DNA of 64,000 bases, taken from Parcubacteria group bacterium GW2011_GWC1_45_13. GTDB taxonomy: Bacteria > Patescibacteriota > Minisyncoccia > UBA11713 > 2-01-FULL-45-33. The translations under genes and the position numbers were made by a program. The DNA lies in assembly GCA_001001285.1 (NCBI GenBank), contig LCKG01000003.1, positions 27,746 to 91,745 of the forward strand. Direction: 5' to 3'. Of this stretch, positions 35,580-45,300 are shown one piece after another. Numbering within the stretch: the first letter of the stretch is position 1; each line of letters starts with the position of its first letter. Below the pieces are notes generated by a model. That model searched no databases and had not been told where the DNA came from. It saw nothing but the letters and a program-made list of their open reading frames with translations.

Positions 35580-35748
35580 AATGTCACATGACAAGTTAAG
35601 AGATAGGATTCAAGTATGGTTTGTCGCGTTTGTTTTGTTTATTGTTGTTTTGGCTGGCATTATAATCGGCCGTCTCGTGCACCAAGGAGCTCTCCGCTCA
35701 GGAATAAATCAGATAACAGATTCAAACAGCAAGGGGCCGGCTAAATGA
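35580..35748 (+). CDS. Hypothetical small membrane protein
   Basis: 55 aa with one TM. Promoter-like TTGACA-16-TAATGT at about 35522..35550. Confidence 0.35.
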
Positions 35749-35793
35749 AAGCCGGCTATTTTTTGTTTTAATTACGCAACAATTTCTTATTTT

Positions 35794-36519
35794 GTGAAGT
35801 TGACCCCGTTAGAAGTAAACTTTATAAATAAGGTTGCCGATGTGTTGTCCACATATCGGACTTCTAACGGGGTTGACTCTAAAATTAATCGGATTAGACT
35901 TCCACTTATCAATATGTTTGACGAGCTGAAACAAAGGGCGCTCAAAATTACTGAAGCGTTATACCGGACGACCGACCTTTTTTCAGACGCAGAGCCCTTG
36001 AAATGGGCTTTAAGAAAGGAAGCTCTGGAAGTGTTAAACGTCAAACCCCAAGATGTTGTATTGCTTGAGGCTACGGTAAAAAACATATTGCTCAAGCTGG
36101 AGCTGGCTGCCTGCGGGACGTTCATTTCTAAGAAGAATTTCGATGTTTTGGGTAGGGAGTATAAAAGTTTGCTGGAAGAAGTTATGTCAGGCAAATCCGA
36201 TTACCGGCATCTATTGGACACAATTCTAATGGACATAAAATCTAACGGACGAGCAGATACATCTATCGGACACATTGAAGTTAAATCTAAATCTGCGGTT
36301 GTTTTGAAACCCAGTAACAGACCCACCTTTCGGTCGGGCAGGCAAGAAACGCTAATTTCAACATTAAAAGAAAAGGGTCGCTTGAGTGTTGGAGATTTAG
36401 CCAAGGCGCTAGGGGAGCCGGTCAGCGACAAAACAGTCCAAAGAGAGCTTACAACATTAGTAGCTTCGGGGGCGGTAAAGCAGGACGGAGACAAGCGCTG
36501 GAGGAGATACTTTATTTAG
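35794..36519 (+). CDS. Hypothetical protein with C-terminal DeoR-like winged HTH
   Basis: C-terminal …RQETLISTLKEKGRLSVGDLAKALGEPVSDKTVQRELTTLVASGAV. N-terminal domain unassigned. Confidence 0.5.
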   Translation: MKLTPLEVNFINKVADVLSTYRTSNGVDSKINRIRLPLINMFDELKQRALKITEALYRTTDLFSDAEPLKWALRKEALEVLNVKPQDVVLLEATVKNILLKLELAACGTFISKKNFDVLGREYKSLLEEVMSGKSDYRHLLDTILMDIKSNGRADTSIGHIEVKSKSAVVLKPSNRPTFRSGRQETLISTLKEKGRLSVGDLAKALGEPVSDKTVQRELTTLVASGAVKQDGDKRWRRYFI

Positions 36520-36538
36520 CTTTATTATTGGCTTTTAG

Positions 36539-36547
36539 TTATCCACA
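36539..36547 (+). promoter_or_regulatory. Perfect DnaA box TTATCCACA
   Basis: Exact 9-mer in the 400-bp intergenic region. Confidence 0.4.
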
Positions 36548-36924
36548 ATCGGCGCTTGTATTGGCTTTTGTGGGTTATGTTATACTGAAAATAAGTGGAA
36601 ATGAGGCCAAATGTCCGCTAGCTGGCGGAGGTTTTCTTGGCTTATGACATCCGGTTGAGTCCTGCTAAAGTTGGCGGAACGGCTGGATGTCAGAAGCCGA
36701 GCCTCGCCTAGCGAGTCTAGGCGGGCTATAAATAAGCCTGCTTCTGAAAAGAAGAGAACCTTGAAAAATAAATAAGAGCATAAAAACAGTAAATTAAATT
36801 TTGATTTTATCAGTTGCGAACAAACGGTCGAATGTAAAATTATTAGTTTAGTCAAAAGACCAATCACGATGCTTTGTCGAAGGCGTCTATAAATTGGCCA
36901 AATTAATTAATAGGTTAATAAATC

Positions 36925-39906
36925 ATGAATAGAAAAATATCTTTAGCTTTAGTGAGCATGAGTACAGCTGTTTTGCTTTCGGGCGCAACCATTGCGATTC
37001 CGCTTGTAGCCAGCGCCGCGCTCACAGAAGCTCAAATTCAGTCCATCCTCTCGCTTTTGCAGTCGTTTAACACCGACCAAACAACTATCAACAATGTTAA
37101 TAGTTCTTTGCGCGGTCAGGCGACTTCCGGAAGCGCGGGAACATCCGCGGCTTGCACTTTCACTCGCGATCTTACGATGAGAGCACGAGGAGACGACGTA
37201 ACCTGCTTGCAAAACTACTTGATCTCAACCGGTCACTTCACTTTTGCCGACGGCGCTACAGGATACTTTGGGTCTGTAACCCAATCAGCCGTTTCTGCTT
37301 GGCAGGCGGCCAATGGAGTTTCTCCGACCGCAGGGTACTTCGGCTCAATTTCAAGAGCCAAGTATAACAGCATGGCTCCTTCCACTCCGGCGCCAGCGTC
37401 AACTCCAACTACTACGGGAGGCACGCCCGCCGCTGTACCGGCAGCCGCTGGAACATTAAGGGTTGAGGCCGGCGTTCAACCGAACGCAAGTCTTCTCCCG
37501 ATCAATTCCACCCGCGTTCCTTTCACCGTTGTTAAGTTCACGGCGCCGTCCGGAAACGATGTCACTGTAAACTCTTTGGTGGTGCAAAGAACCGGTCTGG
37601 CAAATGATGCCGCTCTATCCGGAATTGTCCTTTTGGATGAAACCGGCGCGCAGCTCGGCATCGCCAAGACTCTTAACTCTTCCCACCAAGCCACGCTTTC
37701 TGAACCTTTCGTCGTAAAAGCGGGCACGACCCGGACTATGACATTGGCAGGAAACGCCGAGACTGCCAACGGCAGTTTGGCCGGACAGGTAGTGTACATT
37801 TCCCTGGTCACGGTTAATTCCTCCGCGGCTACTGTTGACGGTGTTTTGCCGATTTCGGGAGCCGGACACACGGTTAACGAATCTTTGACCATTGGTTCGG
37901 TTACCTTGCAGAGAGGTTCTCTTGACCCGGGATCTTCGGTTACCAAAAAAGTCGGCGAAACGGATTACACTTTTTCTTCGGTTAAAGTAACCTCCGGTTC
38001 AGCCGAAAAAATTTACTTGAGATTCATTAGATGGAACCAAACTGGTTCTATCGGCACGGCAGACTTAGCCAACGTAAAAACTTACGTTGACGGCGTAGCT
38101 TACGACACGGTTGTAAGCTCCGATGGCAAGTACTTCACGGCCACCTTTTCCGACAACGGAGGAAAAGGTATTCTGATAGACAAAGGATTCTCCAAAGAAA
38201 TGTCTATCAAGGGCGACATTGTCGGAGGTTCAGGCAGAACCATAGACTTTGACCTTGCCAAACGGACCGACATCGGTTTGCTGGGAGAAAACTACGGCTA
38301 CGGAATAACTCCTCCGCAGACCGGAGCAACTGACCCGACTGACGACACAGCTGCGTTCAGTTCTACAGAAGACCCGTGGTATGATGCCGCGCAGGTCACT
38401 GTTTCCAACGGTTCAATCACGGTATCTGGAGCTACTTCAATCCCTGCTCAAAACATCGCCATCAACCTGGCAAATCAGCCCATGGGAGGATTTACGATTG
38501 AAGTGAAGGGCGAACAGATTTCGGTTGGCAAAATGATCTTCTACTTTATGGCTACTTCTACTTCCGGCACCGGCAGTACCGGCGTTGCGGGGACTGCTAT
38601 CACGAATATTTCCTTGTATGACGCTAATGGCGCGGTTGTGGCAGGTCCGGCGGATGGAGTCGTTGTTAAAAACGGCCATGGAAAAGTGACATTCACCGAT
38701 ACGGTTACTTTCCCAATCGGCACGGCCGTCTACCAATTGAAAGGCAAGCTCTCCACCACTTTCGTGAACAACAACACGGTGCAGGCTTCCACCACGCCCA
38801 GCGTTGACTGGACGACGGTTAAGGGGCTTACCACCGGAAACAGTATTACCGGTTCTACCGCTGTTGTAACGGCCAACCAGATGACCGTGAAAGCCGGCGC
38901 GCTTACTGTTAGCGTTTCCTCTGTCCCGATTGCCCAGACGGTAATCGCGGGAGTCCAGCAATTCCTCTTTGCCAATTACATTTTGGACGGCACGGGCTCG
39001 GGTGAGGACTTGCGGCTTACCAATATTCCGATTGCCTACGATTTCTCCACCGGCGGAGCCGCCGCGGATGTGACCAACTGTAAGCTTTATGACGGAACGA
39101 CCGTTGTAAACACTACAGGTGTCAATCCAACGTTAGCCGCGTCTTCCACCAGCTTCACCTTTACCGGCAACGGATTAATCATTGCCAAGGGCACATCAAA
39201 AACCTTAGCTCTCAAATGCGATTTGATCGCGGGAGCCGCTTCTGCCAGCAGATACGCTTGGGGCTTAGGTGGCGCTGACGCCGACAACGCCGCTCATTCC
39301 AACGACTGGACCGGCGTTACCGGATTAACTTCGGGACAAACCATTGCTCAAACCGCTAACGACTCAACCGGTCAGTATATGACAGCCGCTACCGGAGGTT
39401 CGATCGCCGCGGTTCTTGACACCAACAGTCCTTCCTACAAGATTGTGGGAGCCGGGCAGACGGGAGTTGAACTTGCCAAAATCAAGTTCAGCGCTACCAA
39501 TGAAGACATTGACCTTAAACAATTAGCTCTGCTTGTTAGCAGCAATGCTTCCAACACGCCGGTTAACTTGGTAGGCAGGCAGGTGACTTTGTGGGACGGC
39601 GCGAGCCAAATCGGAACGGCTATCTTCCCAGACGGAGACAACGCCACTTCCAGCCAAATCGCCGTGGGCTCGTTCAGAATTCCAAGAGACGGAGCTAGAG
39701 TGCTGACCATTAAAGGAGACATTGCGGCAATCACCACCTCCGGCCCTATGGTCCAATCTGGCGATTTGCTCATTGTTGACTACGATGGAGCCAACACAGG
39801 TCTCAACGGCAACTACGGCACTGGAGTCGCTTCTGGCAGTACGGTTCCCGAGCGTGACTTACCAGAGCATTCCGACTACCATTTTGCCGGCTGGAACAAC
39901 CGCTAA
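36925..39906 (+). CDS. Large secreted cell-surface protein with peptidoglycan-binding (PG_binding_1-like) domain and multiple Ig-like/beta-sandwich repeats – N-terminal reading frame
   Basis: Signal peptide. TFTRDLTMRARGDDVTCLQNYLIST…GYFGSVTQSAVSAWQAANGV is a PG-binding motif. Long Thr/Ser/Gly-rich repeats. Confidence 0.7.
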   Translation: MNRKISLALVSMSTAVLLSGATIAIPLVASAALTEAQIQSILSLLQSFNTDQTTINNVNSSLRGQATSGSAGTSAACTFTRDLTMRARGDDVTCLQNYLISTGHFTFADGATGYFGSVTQSAVSAWQAANGVSPTAGYFGSISRAKYNSMAPSTPAPASTPTTTGGTPAAVPAAAGTLRVEAGVQPNASLLPINSTRVPFTVVKFTAPSGNDVTVNSLVVQRTGLANDAALSGIVLLDETGAQLGIAKTLNSSHQATLSEPFVVKAGTTRTMTLAGNAETANGSLAGQVVYISLVTVNSSAATVDGVLPISGAGHTVNESLTIGSVTLQRGSLDPGSSVTKKVGETDYTFSSVKVTSGSAEKIYLRFIRWNQTGSIGTADLANVKTYVDGVAYDTVVSSDGKYFTATFSDNGGKGILIDKGFSKEMSIKGDIVGGSGRTIDFDLAKRTDIGLLGENYGYGITPPQTGATDPTDDTAAFSSTEDPWYDAAQVTVSNGSITVSGATSIPAQNIAINLANQPMGGFTIEVKGEQISVGKMIFYFMATSTSGTGSTGVAGTAITNISLYDANGAVVAGPADGVVVKNGHGKVTFTDTVTFPIGTAVYQLKGKLSTTFVNNNTVQASTTPSVDWTTVKGLTTGNSITGSTAVVTANQMTVKAGALTVSVSSVPIAQTVIAGVQQFLFANYILDGTGSGEDLRLTNIPIAYDFSTGGAAADVTNCKLYDGTTVVNTTGVNPTLAASSTSFTFTGNGLIIAKGTSKTLALKCDLIAGAASASRYAWGLGGADADNAAHSNDWTGVTGLTSGQTIAQTANDSTGQYMTAATGGSIAAVLDTNSPSYKIVGAGQTGVELAKIKFSATNEDIDLKQLALLVSSNASNTPVNLVGRQVTLWDGASQIGTAIFPDGDNATSSQIAVGSFRIPRDGARVLTIKGDIAAITTSGPMVQSGDLLIVDYDGANTGLNGNYGTGVASGSTVPERDLPEHSDYHFAGWNNR

Positions 39907-40531
39907 CGTTAAGCTGTATAGATACAGCGTGACTGCCAATAACGGCGACGTGGCTCTATTTAAGCAAAGCTTCGTTATCGGATCTTCCACCTTATTGGCT
40001 ACAACTTCGCTCTTCGGCTTGTATGCTTACACAGACGCGGGTTACAGCAGCGTTGACACAGCCTTTTCTTCAACTGGATTGATTAACGCAGGCACTTGTA
40101 TCAATGGAGCAGGCCCAGTTGACGGCAATTCCGGCGCGACCAGCACCATAAACGTTGATATCTACCCGGCCAAGACTACCTGTAGCAGTGCTACTACGAC
40201 CTATATAATTTCCAGCGGCGTGACCAGATACTTTGAATTGCGGGCAACCGTGTCCAATGTATCCGCGGTTTCCACCAGCAAGGATTCCATCTCAGCCTAC
40301 CTGGATGGAGACGCCGCTTTCCCAACGGTCGTTCCTGGTTCAGGCGGACTTTTGGGCAGCTCTATGGCTAACGCGACTCAAGTGAACACCGATGCCAACA
40401 GAGATTTCATCTGGTCGCCAGTATCATCCACAACGCAAAACACCATCTTTGACCAGGACTTCACCAATGGTTACCAGATTGTAGGATTGCCTTCCATCGG
40501 TACGCAGACAGTGACTCTGCAGTCCGACTAA
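39848..40531 (+). CDS. C-terminal continuation of the surface protein in +1 frame (frameshift near 39845..39860)
   Basis: The same repeat style continues (…PSVTYQSIPTTILPAGTTANVKLYRYSVTANNGDVALFK…) in the other frame. Suggests a single roughly 1200-aa gene interrupted by a frameshift, either authentic or an assembly error. Confidence 0.5.
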   Translation, partial: PSVTYQSIPTTILPAGTTANVKLYRYSVTANNGDVALFKQSFVIGSSTLLATTSLFGLYAYTDAGYSSVDTAFSSTGLINAGTCINGAGPVDGNSGATSTINVDIYPAKTTCSSATTTYIISSGVTRYFELRATVSNVSAVSTSKDSISAYLDGDAAFPTVVPGSGGLLGSSMANATQVNTDANRDFIWSPVSSTTQNTIFDQDFTNGYQIVGLPSIGTQTVTLQSD

Positions 40532-40566
40532 AGTTTGCTTGGCTTGTGAACTAGCGAACTTTTTCC

Positions 40567-40598
40567 AAAAAGCCCCCTTTACGGGGGCTTTTGGTTTT
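40567..40598 (+). terminator. Rho-independent terminator
   Basis: AGCCCCC-tttac-GGGGGCT followed by TTTTGGTTTT. Confidence 0.7.
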
Positions 40599-40613
40599 GA
40601 TATTATATAATTT

Positions 40614-41288
40614 ATGTCTAGAAATAATACGATAGCGGTTATAATTTTTGCGGTTTTAGCGGCTGGTGCGGCGGGTTTTTTAACATTTCGCTCCTCAACA
40701 TCCGATGTTAAATCCCAAAAAACATCGGATGTTTTCCCGCGAAATATGGAGGAGGGCAATTCAATCTCTGATGGGATTAAACCCCCGGCTCCGGCTCCGC
40801 AAAATGACGAACTCAATGCTCTTAAAACCGCTGCGCTAGAAAGAAAAATCCCCACGGGGAACGAGGCGGCAACAAAAGAATTAAAAGATTTATCTTCGCA
40901 ATTAAAAAGCGAACCGAATTATATTCAAGGCTGGCTCCAGCTCGGAATCTTAAGAAAATATTTGGGCGATTACGAAGGGGCCAGTTTGGCTTGGCAATAT
41001 GCAACATTTTTGCGCCCGCAAGACTATATCGCTTTTTCCAATCTAGGAGACCTCTATCATTATTATCTGCGTGATTTTCCCAAAGCGGAAAGATACTTGC
41101 GAAAAGCCGTGGATGTGAAGCCCGATTATGTCGCGGGATATAAAAATCTCTTTGACCTTTACATGCTTTCTTACAAAGAAAAGGAAAATTTAGCCGAGCC
41201 CGTTTTACTCGAAGGCATCAAAAAAAATCCTGATGACCATTACCTAGAAACTATTTTAGTTTCTTATAAAAATGATAATCAACGCTAG
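40614..41288 (+). CDS. TPR-repeat protein with N-terminal TM anchor
   Basis: TPR units (YIQGWLQLGILRKYLGDYEGASLAWQYATFLRPQDYIAFSNLGDLY…). Confidence 0.65.
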   Translation: MSRNNTIAVIIFAVLAAGAAGFLTFRSSTSDVKSQKTSDVFPRNMEEGNSISDGIKPPAPAPQNDELNALKTAALERKIPTGNEAATKELKDLSSQLKSEPNYIQGWLQLGILRKYLGDYEGASLAWQYATFLRPQDYIAFSNLGDLYHYYLRDFPKAERYLRKAVDVKPDYVAGYKNLFDLYMLSYKEKENLAEPVLLEGIKKNPDDHYLETILVSYKNDNQR

Positions 41289-42132
41289 AAAAATCAGCTA
41301 TATTTTTTCCGGAGTGTTGGTGGCCTCAAGTTTTTTGGTTTTGGGTGTTTGGGGGTTGAAACTGGGCATTGATTTTACCGGTGGGACTTTGATGGAAGTT
41401 GAATTTAAAGATTCGCGCCCAGATATAAATTTGCCTGATGTAACTATCCAGACAGCCGGGGAAGGGGGACTGATTTTGCGAATGCCAGCTATTGATGAGG
41501 CAAAACACCAAACAATACTCGCCGAGCTGCGCAAATATGGCGAACTGGAAGAAAAACAATTTACTTCAATTGGGCCGACAATCGGCGCGGAGCTTAAAAA
41601 GAATTCCATTTATGCCATCGTTTTGGTAATGATAATGATCGCGCTTTATATCGCCTGGGCTTTTCGGGAGGTTTCCAGGCCGGTGCAATCTTGGAAATAC
41701 GGCGTGGCGGCGTTGATTGCTTTGATCCACGATGTTTCCATCCCCGCTGGATTTTTCGCACTCTTGGGGTATTTTTACGGCGTGGCGGTAGACACGCTTT
41801 TTGTGACGGCGCTTCTTACGATTTTGGGATTTTCCGTGCACGATACAATTGTGGTTTTTGATCGCATCCGGGAGAATTTAAAAAAATTAGGAGCCAAAGA
41901 AAATTTTGAGAATGTTGTTGAGCAAAGCTTGCGCCAGACCATCGGCCGGTCAATCAATACCTCTCTTACTGTGATGATAGTGATGCTGGCGCTTTACTTT
42001 TTGGGCGGGCTCTCCACTAAATTTTTCGCCCTTACCATTTTGATAGGCGTCTTCTTCGGCACATATTCCTCCATCTTCATCGCCAGTTTTCTCTTGGTCA
42101 CATGGCACAAGTGGGGCTTAAAGAGGGCTTGA
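41272..42132 (+). CDS. secF: Protein translocase subunit SecF
   Basis: GIDFTGGT…; six TM helices; conserved HDVSIPAGFFALLG…LGFSVHDTIVVFDRIREN. 286 aa. Confidence 0.85.
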   Translation: MIINARKISYIFSGVLVASSFLVLGVWGLKLGIDFTGGTLMEVEFKDSRPDINLPDVTIQTAGEGGLILRMPAIDEAKHQTILAELRKYGELEEKQFTSIGPTIGAELKKNSIYAIVLVMIMIALYIAWAFREVSRPVQSWKYGVAALIALIHDVSIPAGFFALLGYFYGVAVDTLFVTALLTILGFSVHDTIVVFDRIRENLKKLGAKENFENVVEQSLRQTIGRSINTSLTVMIVMLALYFLGGLSTKFFALTILIGVFFGTYSSIFIASFLLVTWHKWGLKRA

Positions 42133-42220
42133 CTTATTTTGGGGGTCTGATAGAATAGGATTTATTGTCGATGGAGGCTCCGACGCTGCGGTCGGAGAGC
42201 CGACCCCAAGGGCGTCGGCT

Positions 42221-42229
42221 TTATCCACA
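42221..42229 (+). promoter_or_regulatory. Perfect DnaA box TTATCCACA upstream of rpoB, preceded by two CCGAC/GTCGG hairpins (42178..42220)
   Basis: Exact 9-mer. Hairpins CTCCGAC-gctgcg-GTCGGAG and AGCCGAC-N9-GTCGGCT. Confidence 0.45.
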
Positions 42230-42381
42230 AGGGGTCTTATTGACATTTTTTAATGGCGAGATAAAATAGTCACTATCGTTTTGAATACTAAAGCTGGCAC
42301 CTAAAGATAGTGTTTTTCAGTCCTCGTAAGCAATCATAAAGAGGGCTATTTTGGTTTATTCTTAAAGTAATTTAAGCTAAA

Positions 42382-45300
42382 ATGCCGATACAAAAAAAAT
42401 ATTTCTCCCGTTACCGGGAACCCTTGGCGAGCTTGCCCAATCTGGCTGAAATGCAGTTAAAATCCTTTGAATGGTTGGCAAAGGAAGGAATCGGCGAAAT
42501 CCTGAAAGAATTTTCTCCCGTGCTGGATTACACCGGCGAGGAGCTCGCTTTGGAATTTTTGGATTATTCTTTGGACGAACCGAAATTTGATGAAAATTAT
42601 TCTAGGGTAAACAATCTTTCCTACGAAGCTTCTTTAAGGCTTCGCATTCGTTTGGTCAACAAACGCACCGGTGAAAAAAAAGAGCAGGAAATCTTTTTGG
42701 CGGATATGCCCATTATGACCCCCCGCGGAACTTTTCTTATAAACGGCGTGGAGCGAGTGATTGTCTCGCAGCTCGCGCGTTCCTTCGGCGCGTATTTTAC
42801 GGCCAATATTTCGCGTGGGAAAAAACTTTTCGGCGCCAAGATAATTCCTTCCCGCGGGGCCTGGCTGGAATTTGAAACGGAGTCGGACGGAACAATGTAC
42901 GTAAAAGTAGACCGCAAAAGAAAAATCGCGGCGACTGCGTTGCTTCGTATTTTCGGTATGGAAAAGAACGAAGAGATTAAAGATGCTTTTTCCAAAGTAG
43001 ACAACGGCGAAGTTTCTTTCATAAACCAAACACTGGAAAAAGATTCCACCAAAACAGCCGACGATGCTTACGTGGAAGTTTTCAAAAGAATAAGGCAAGG
43101 GGAGCTGGCCACTCCGGAAAACGCCAGAGAACTGGTGGAGCTGATGTTCGGCCCAGAAAGATACGATATTTCCGCTGTGGGCAGATATAAGCTCGGCCAG
43201 AGGCTTCCGGCTCTGGCTTCCATGAAAGTAAAAAATCCGCGTATTTTAAATAAGGAAGATATGATCGTCGTAATTTCGGAAATAATTTCTTTAAATAATA
43301 ATCCGCTGGCTGTCCAGGACGATATTGATAATTTGGGCAACCGCAGGGTACGCTCGGTGGGAGAGATGCTTCAGCAAAGATTGCGCATCGGGCTCGCGCG
43401 CATGGAGCGTACCATTAAGGACCGCATGTCCACTTCCGATTTGGCCACGGTAACCCCGGCTCAACTTTTAAACGCGCGCCCATTTGCCGCGGTAATTTCC
43501 GAATTTTTCATGACCAACCAGCTTTCCCAATTTATGGATCAGACCAATGTTTTATCCGAATTGGAACATAAGCGCAGGGTTTCAGCTTTGGGCCCGGGGG
43601 GACTTACTCGCGAAAGATCCGGTTTTGAGGTGCGCGATGTTCATCCCTCTTACTACGGCCGGCTTTGCCCGATTATGACTCCTGAAGGCCCAAATATCGG
43701 TTTGATAAATTATTTGGCGGGATACGCAAAAATTAATGAATATGGAATTTTGGAAACTCCTTACAGAAAAGTTGTTGATGGGCGCGTGTCTAAAGAGCTT
43801 CATTATCTTACGGCTTTTGAAGAGGTTAGGCATAAAATCGCTCAAGCCGGAGTTTCCATTGATAAAGAAGGCAATATTTTGGATGAGGAATGCGAAGGAC
43901 GCGCGAGCGGCCAGCCGGCGCTAATTCCGCGTGGCGAGATTAATTACATGGATGTTTCTCCACAGCAGGCTTTTTCCGTCGCGACTTCTTTGGTGCCGTT
44001 TTTAGAGCATGACGATTCAACCCGCGCCATGATGGGTTCCAACATGCAGCGCCAAGCTGTGCCTTGCGTCCGGCCGCAGGCGCCGTTGGTTGCCACCGGC
44101 ATGGAGGAAAAAGCAGCCAAGGATTCTGGCAGGCTTGTTTTAGCCGATGTGGATGGAATCGTAAGCAAGGTTGACGCTAATTCCGTAACGATACGTTATG
44201 AGAAACCCCGACGTAAAGTCGGGGCTCCGACCAAAGCGTCGGAGGAAAAAACTTACGAATTAATGACATTCGTCCGTTCCAACCAGTCTACTGTAATCCA
44301 TCAGCGTCCTTCAGTGAAAGTCGGTGACAAAGTAGAGAAGGGAGATGTTTTAGCTGATACCTCGCTGACCGACCGGGGACATTTGGCTTTGGGGCAAAAT
44401 TTGCTGGTAGCTTTTCTTTCATGGGGCGGAGCTAATTTTGAAGACGCCATCATACTTTCAGACCGCATGGTGAAAGACGATGTTTTTACTTCAGTTTTGA
44501 TAGAGGATTACACGGTGTCTGTGCGGGACACCAAGCTGGGCCCGGAAATTACCACGCATGATATTCCCAATGTGGGAGAAGAAAGGCTCAAAGATTTGGA
44601 TGAAGATGGAATTGTAAGAATTGGCGCCGAAGTCAGGCCCGGCGATATTTTGGTCGGGAAAATTTCTCCGAAAGGTGAGTCGGATCTCACTCCAGAGGAA
44701 AGACTGCTCCGCGCCATTTTCGGAGAGAAAGCTAGAGATGTCAAAGATACTTCTTTCAGAATGCCGCACGGCAGAAAAGGCCGCGTGGTCGGCATCAAAA
44801 TTTTTTCTCGCGAAAAAGGAGATAAATTGGAAACAGGAGTGATTAAGGAAATCCGAATTGAAGTGGCCGAGATGAGGAAAGTTTCTCCGGGCGACAAATT
44901 GGCCGGCAGGCATGGAAATAAAGGCGTTATCTCGCGCATTCTGCCGCAGGAAGATATGCCGTATTTGGATGACGGCACGCCGGTGGATATAATTTTAAAT
45001 CCTTTGGGCGTGGCATCACGCATGAATATCGGGCAAATTTTGGAAACACACTTGGGCTGGGCCGCCCAGAAGTTGGGCTATATGGCCATAACCCCGACCT
45101 TGGCGGGAGCTACCGAAACCGAAATAAAAGAAGAATTGAAAAAAGCCGGATTACCGGAAGATGGTAAAATAAAACTTTTTGACGGGCGAACCGGCAGGGA
45201 ATTTGACCAAAAAGTGACTGTCGGCATGATTTATGTGATGAAGCTTTCCCATATGGTGGAGGACAAAATCCATATGCGTTCCATCGGTCCTTATTCGCTT

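Noticed and set aside
36520-36924. tmRNA or SRP RNA in the 400-bp gap
   Set aside because: No tRNA-like 3' end or tag ORF (tmRNA). No domain IV GGAA/AGCAG motifs (SRP). The minus-strand ORF 36580..36867 has an implausible composition.
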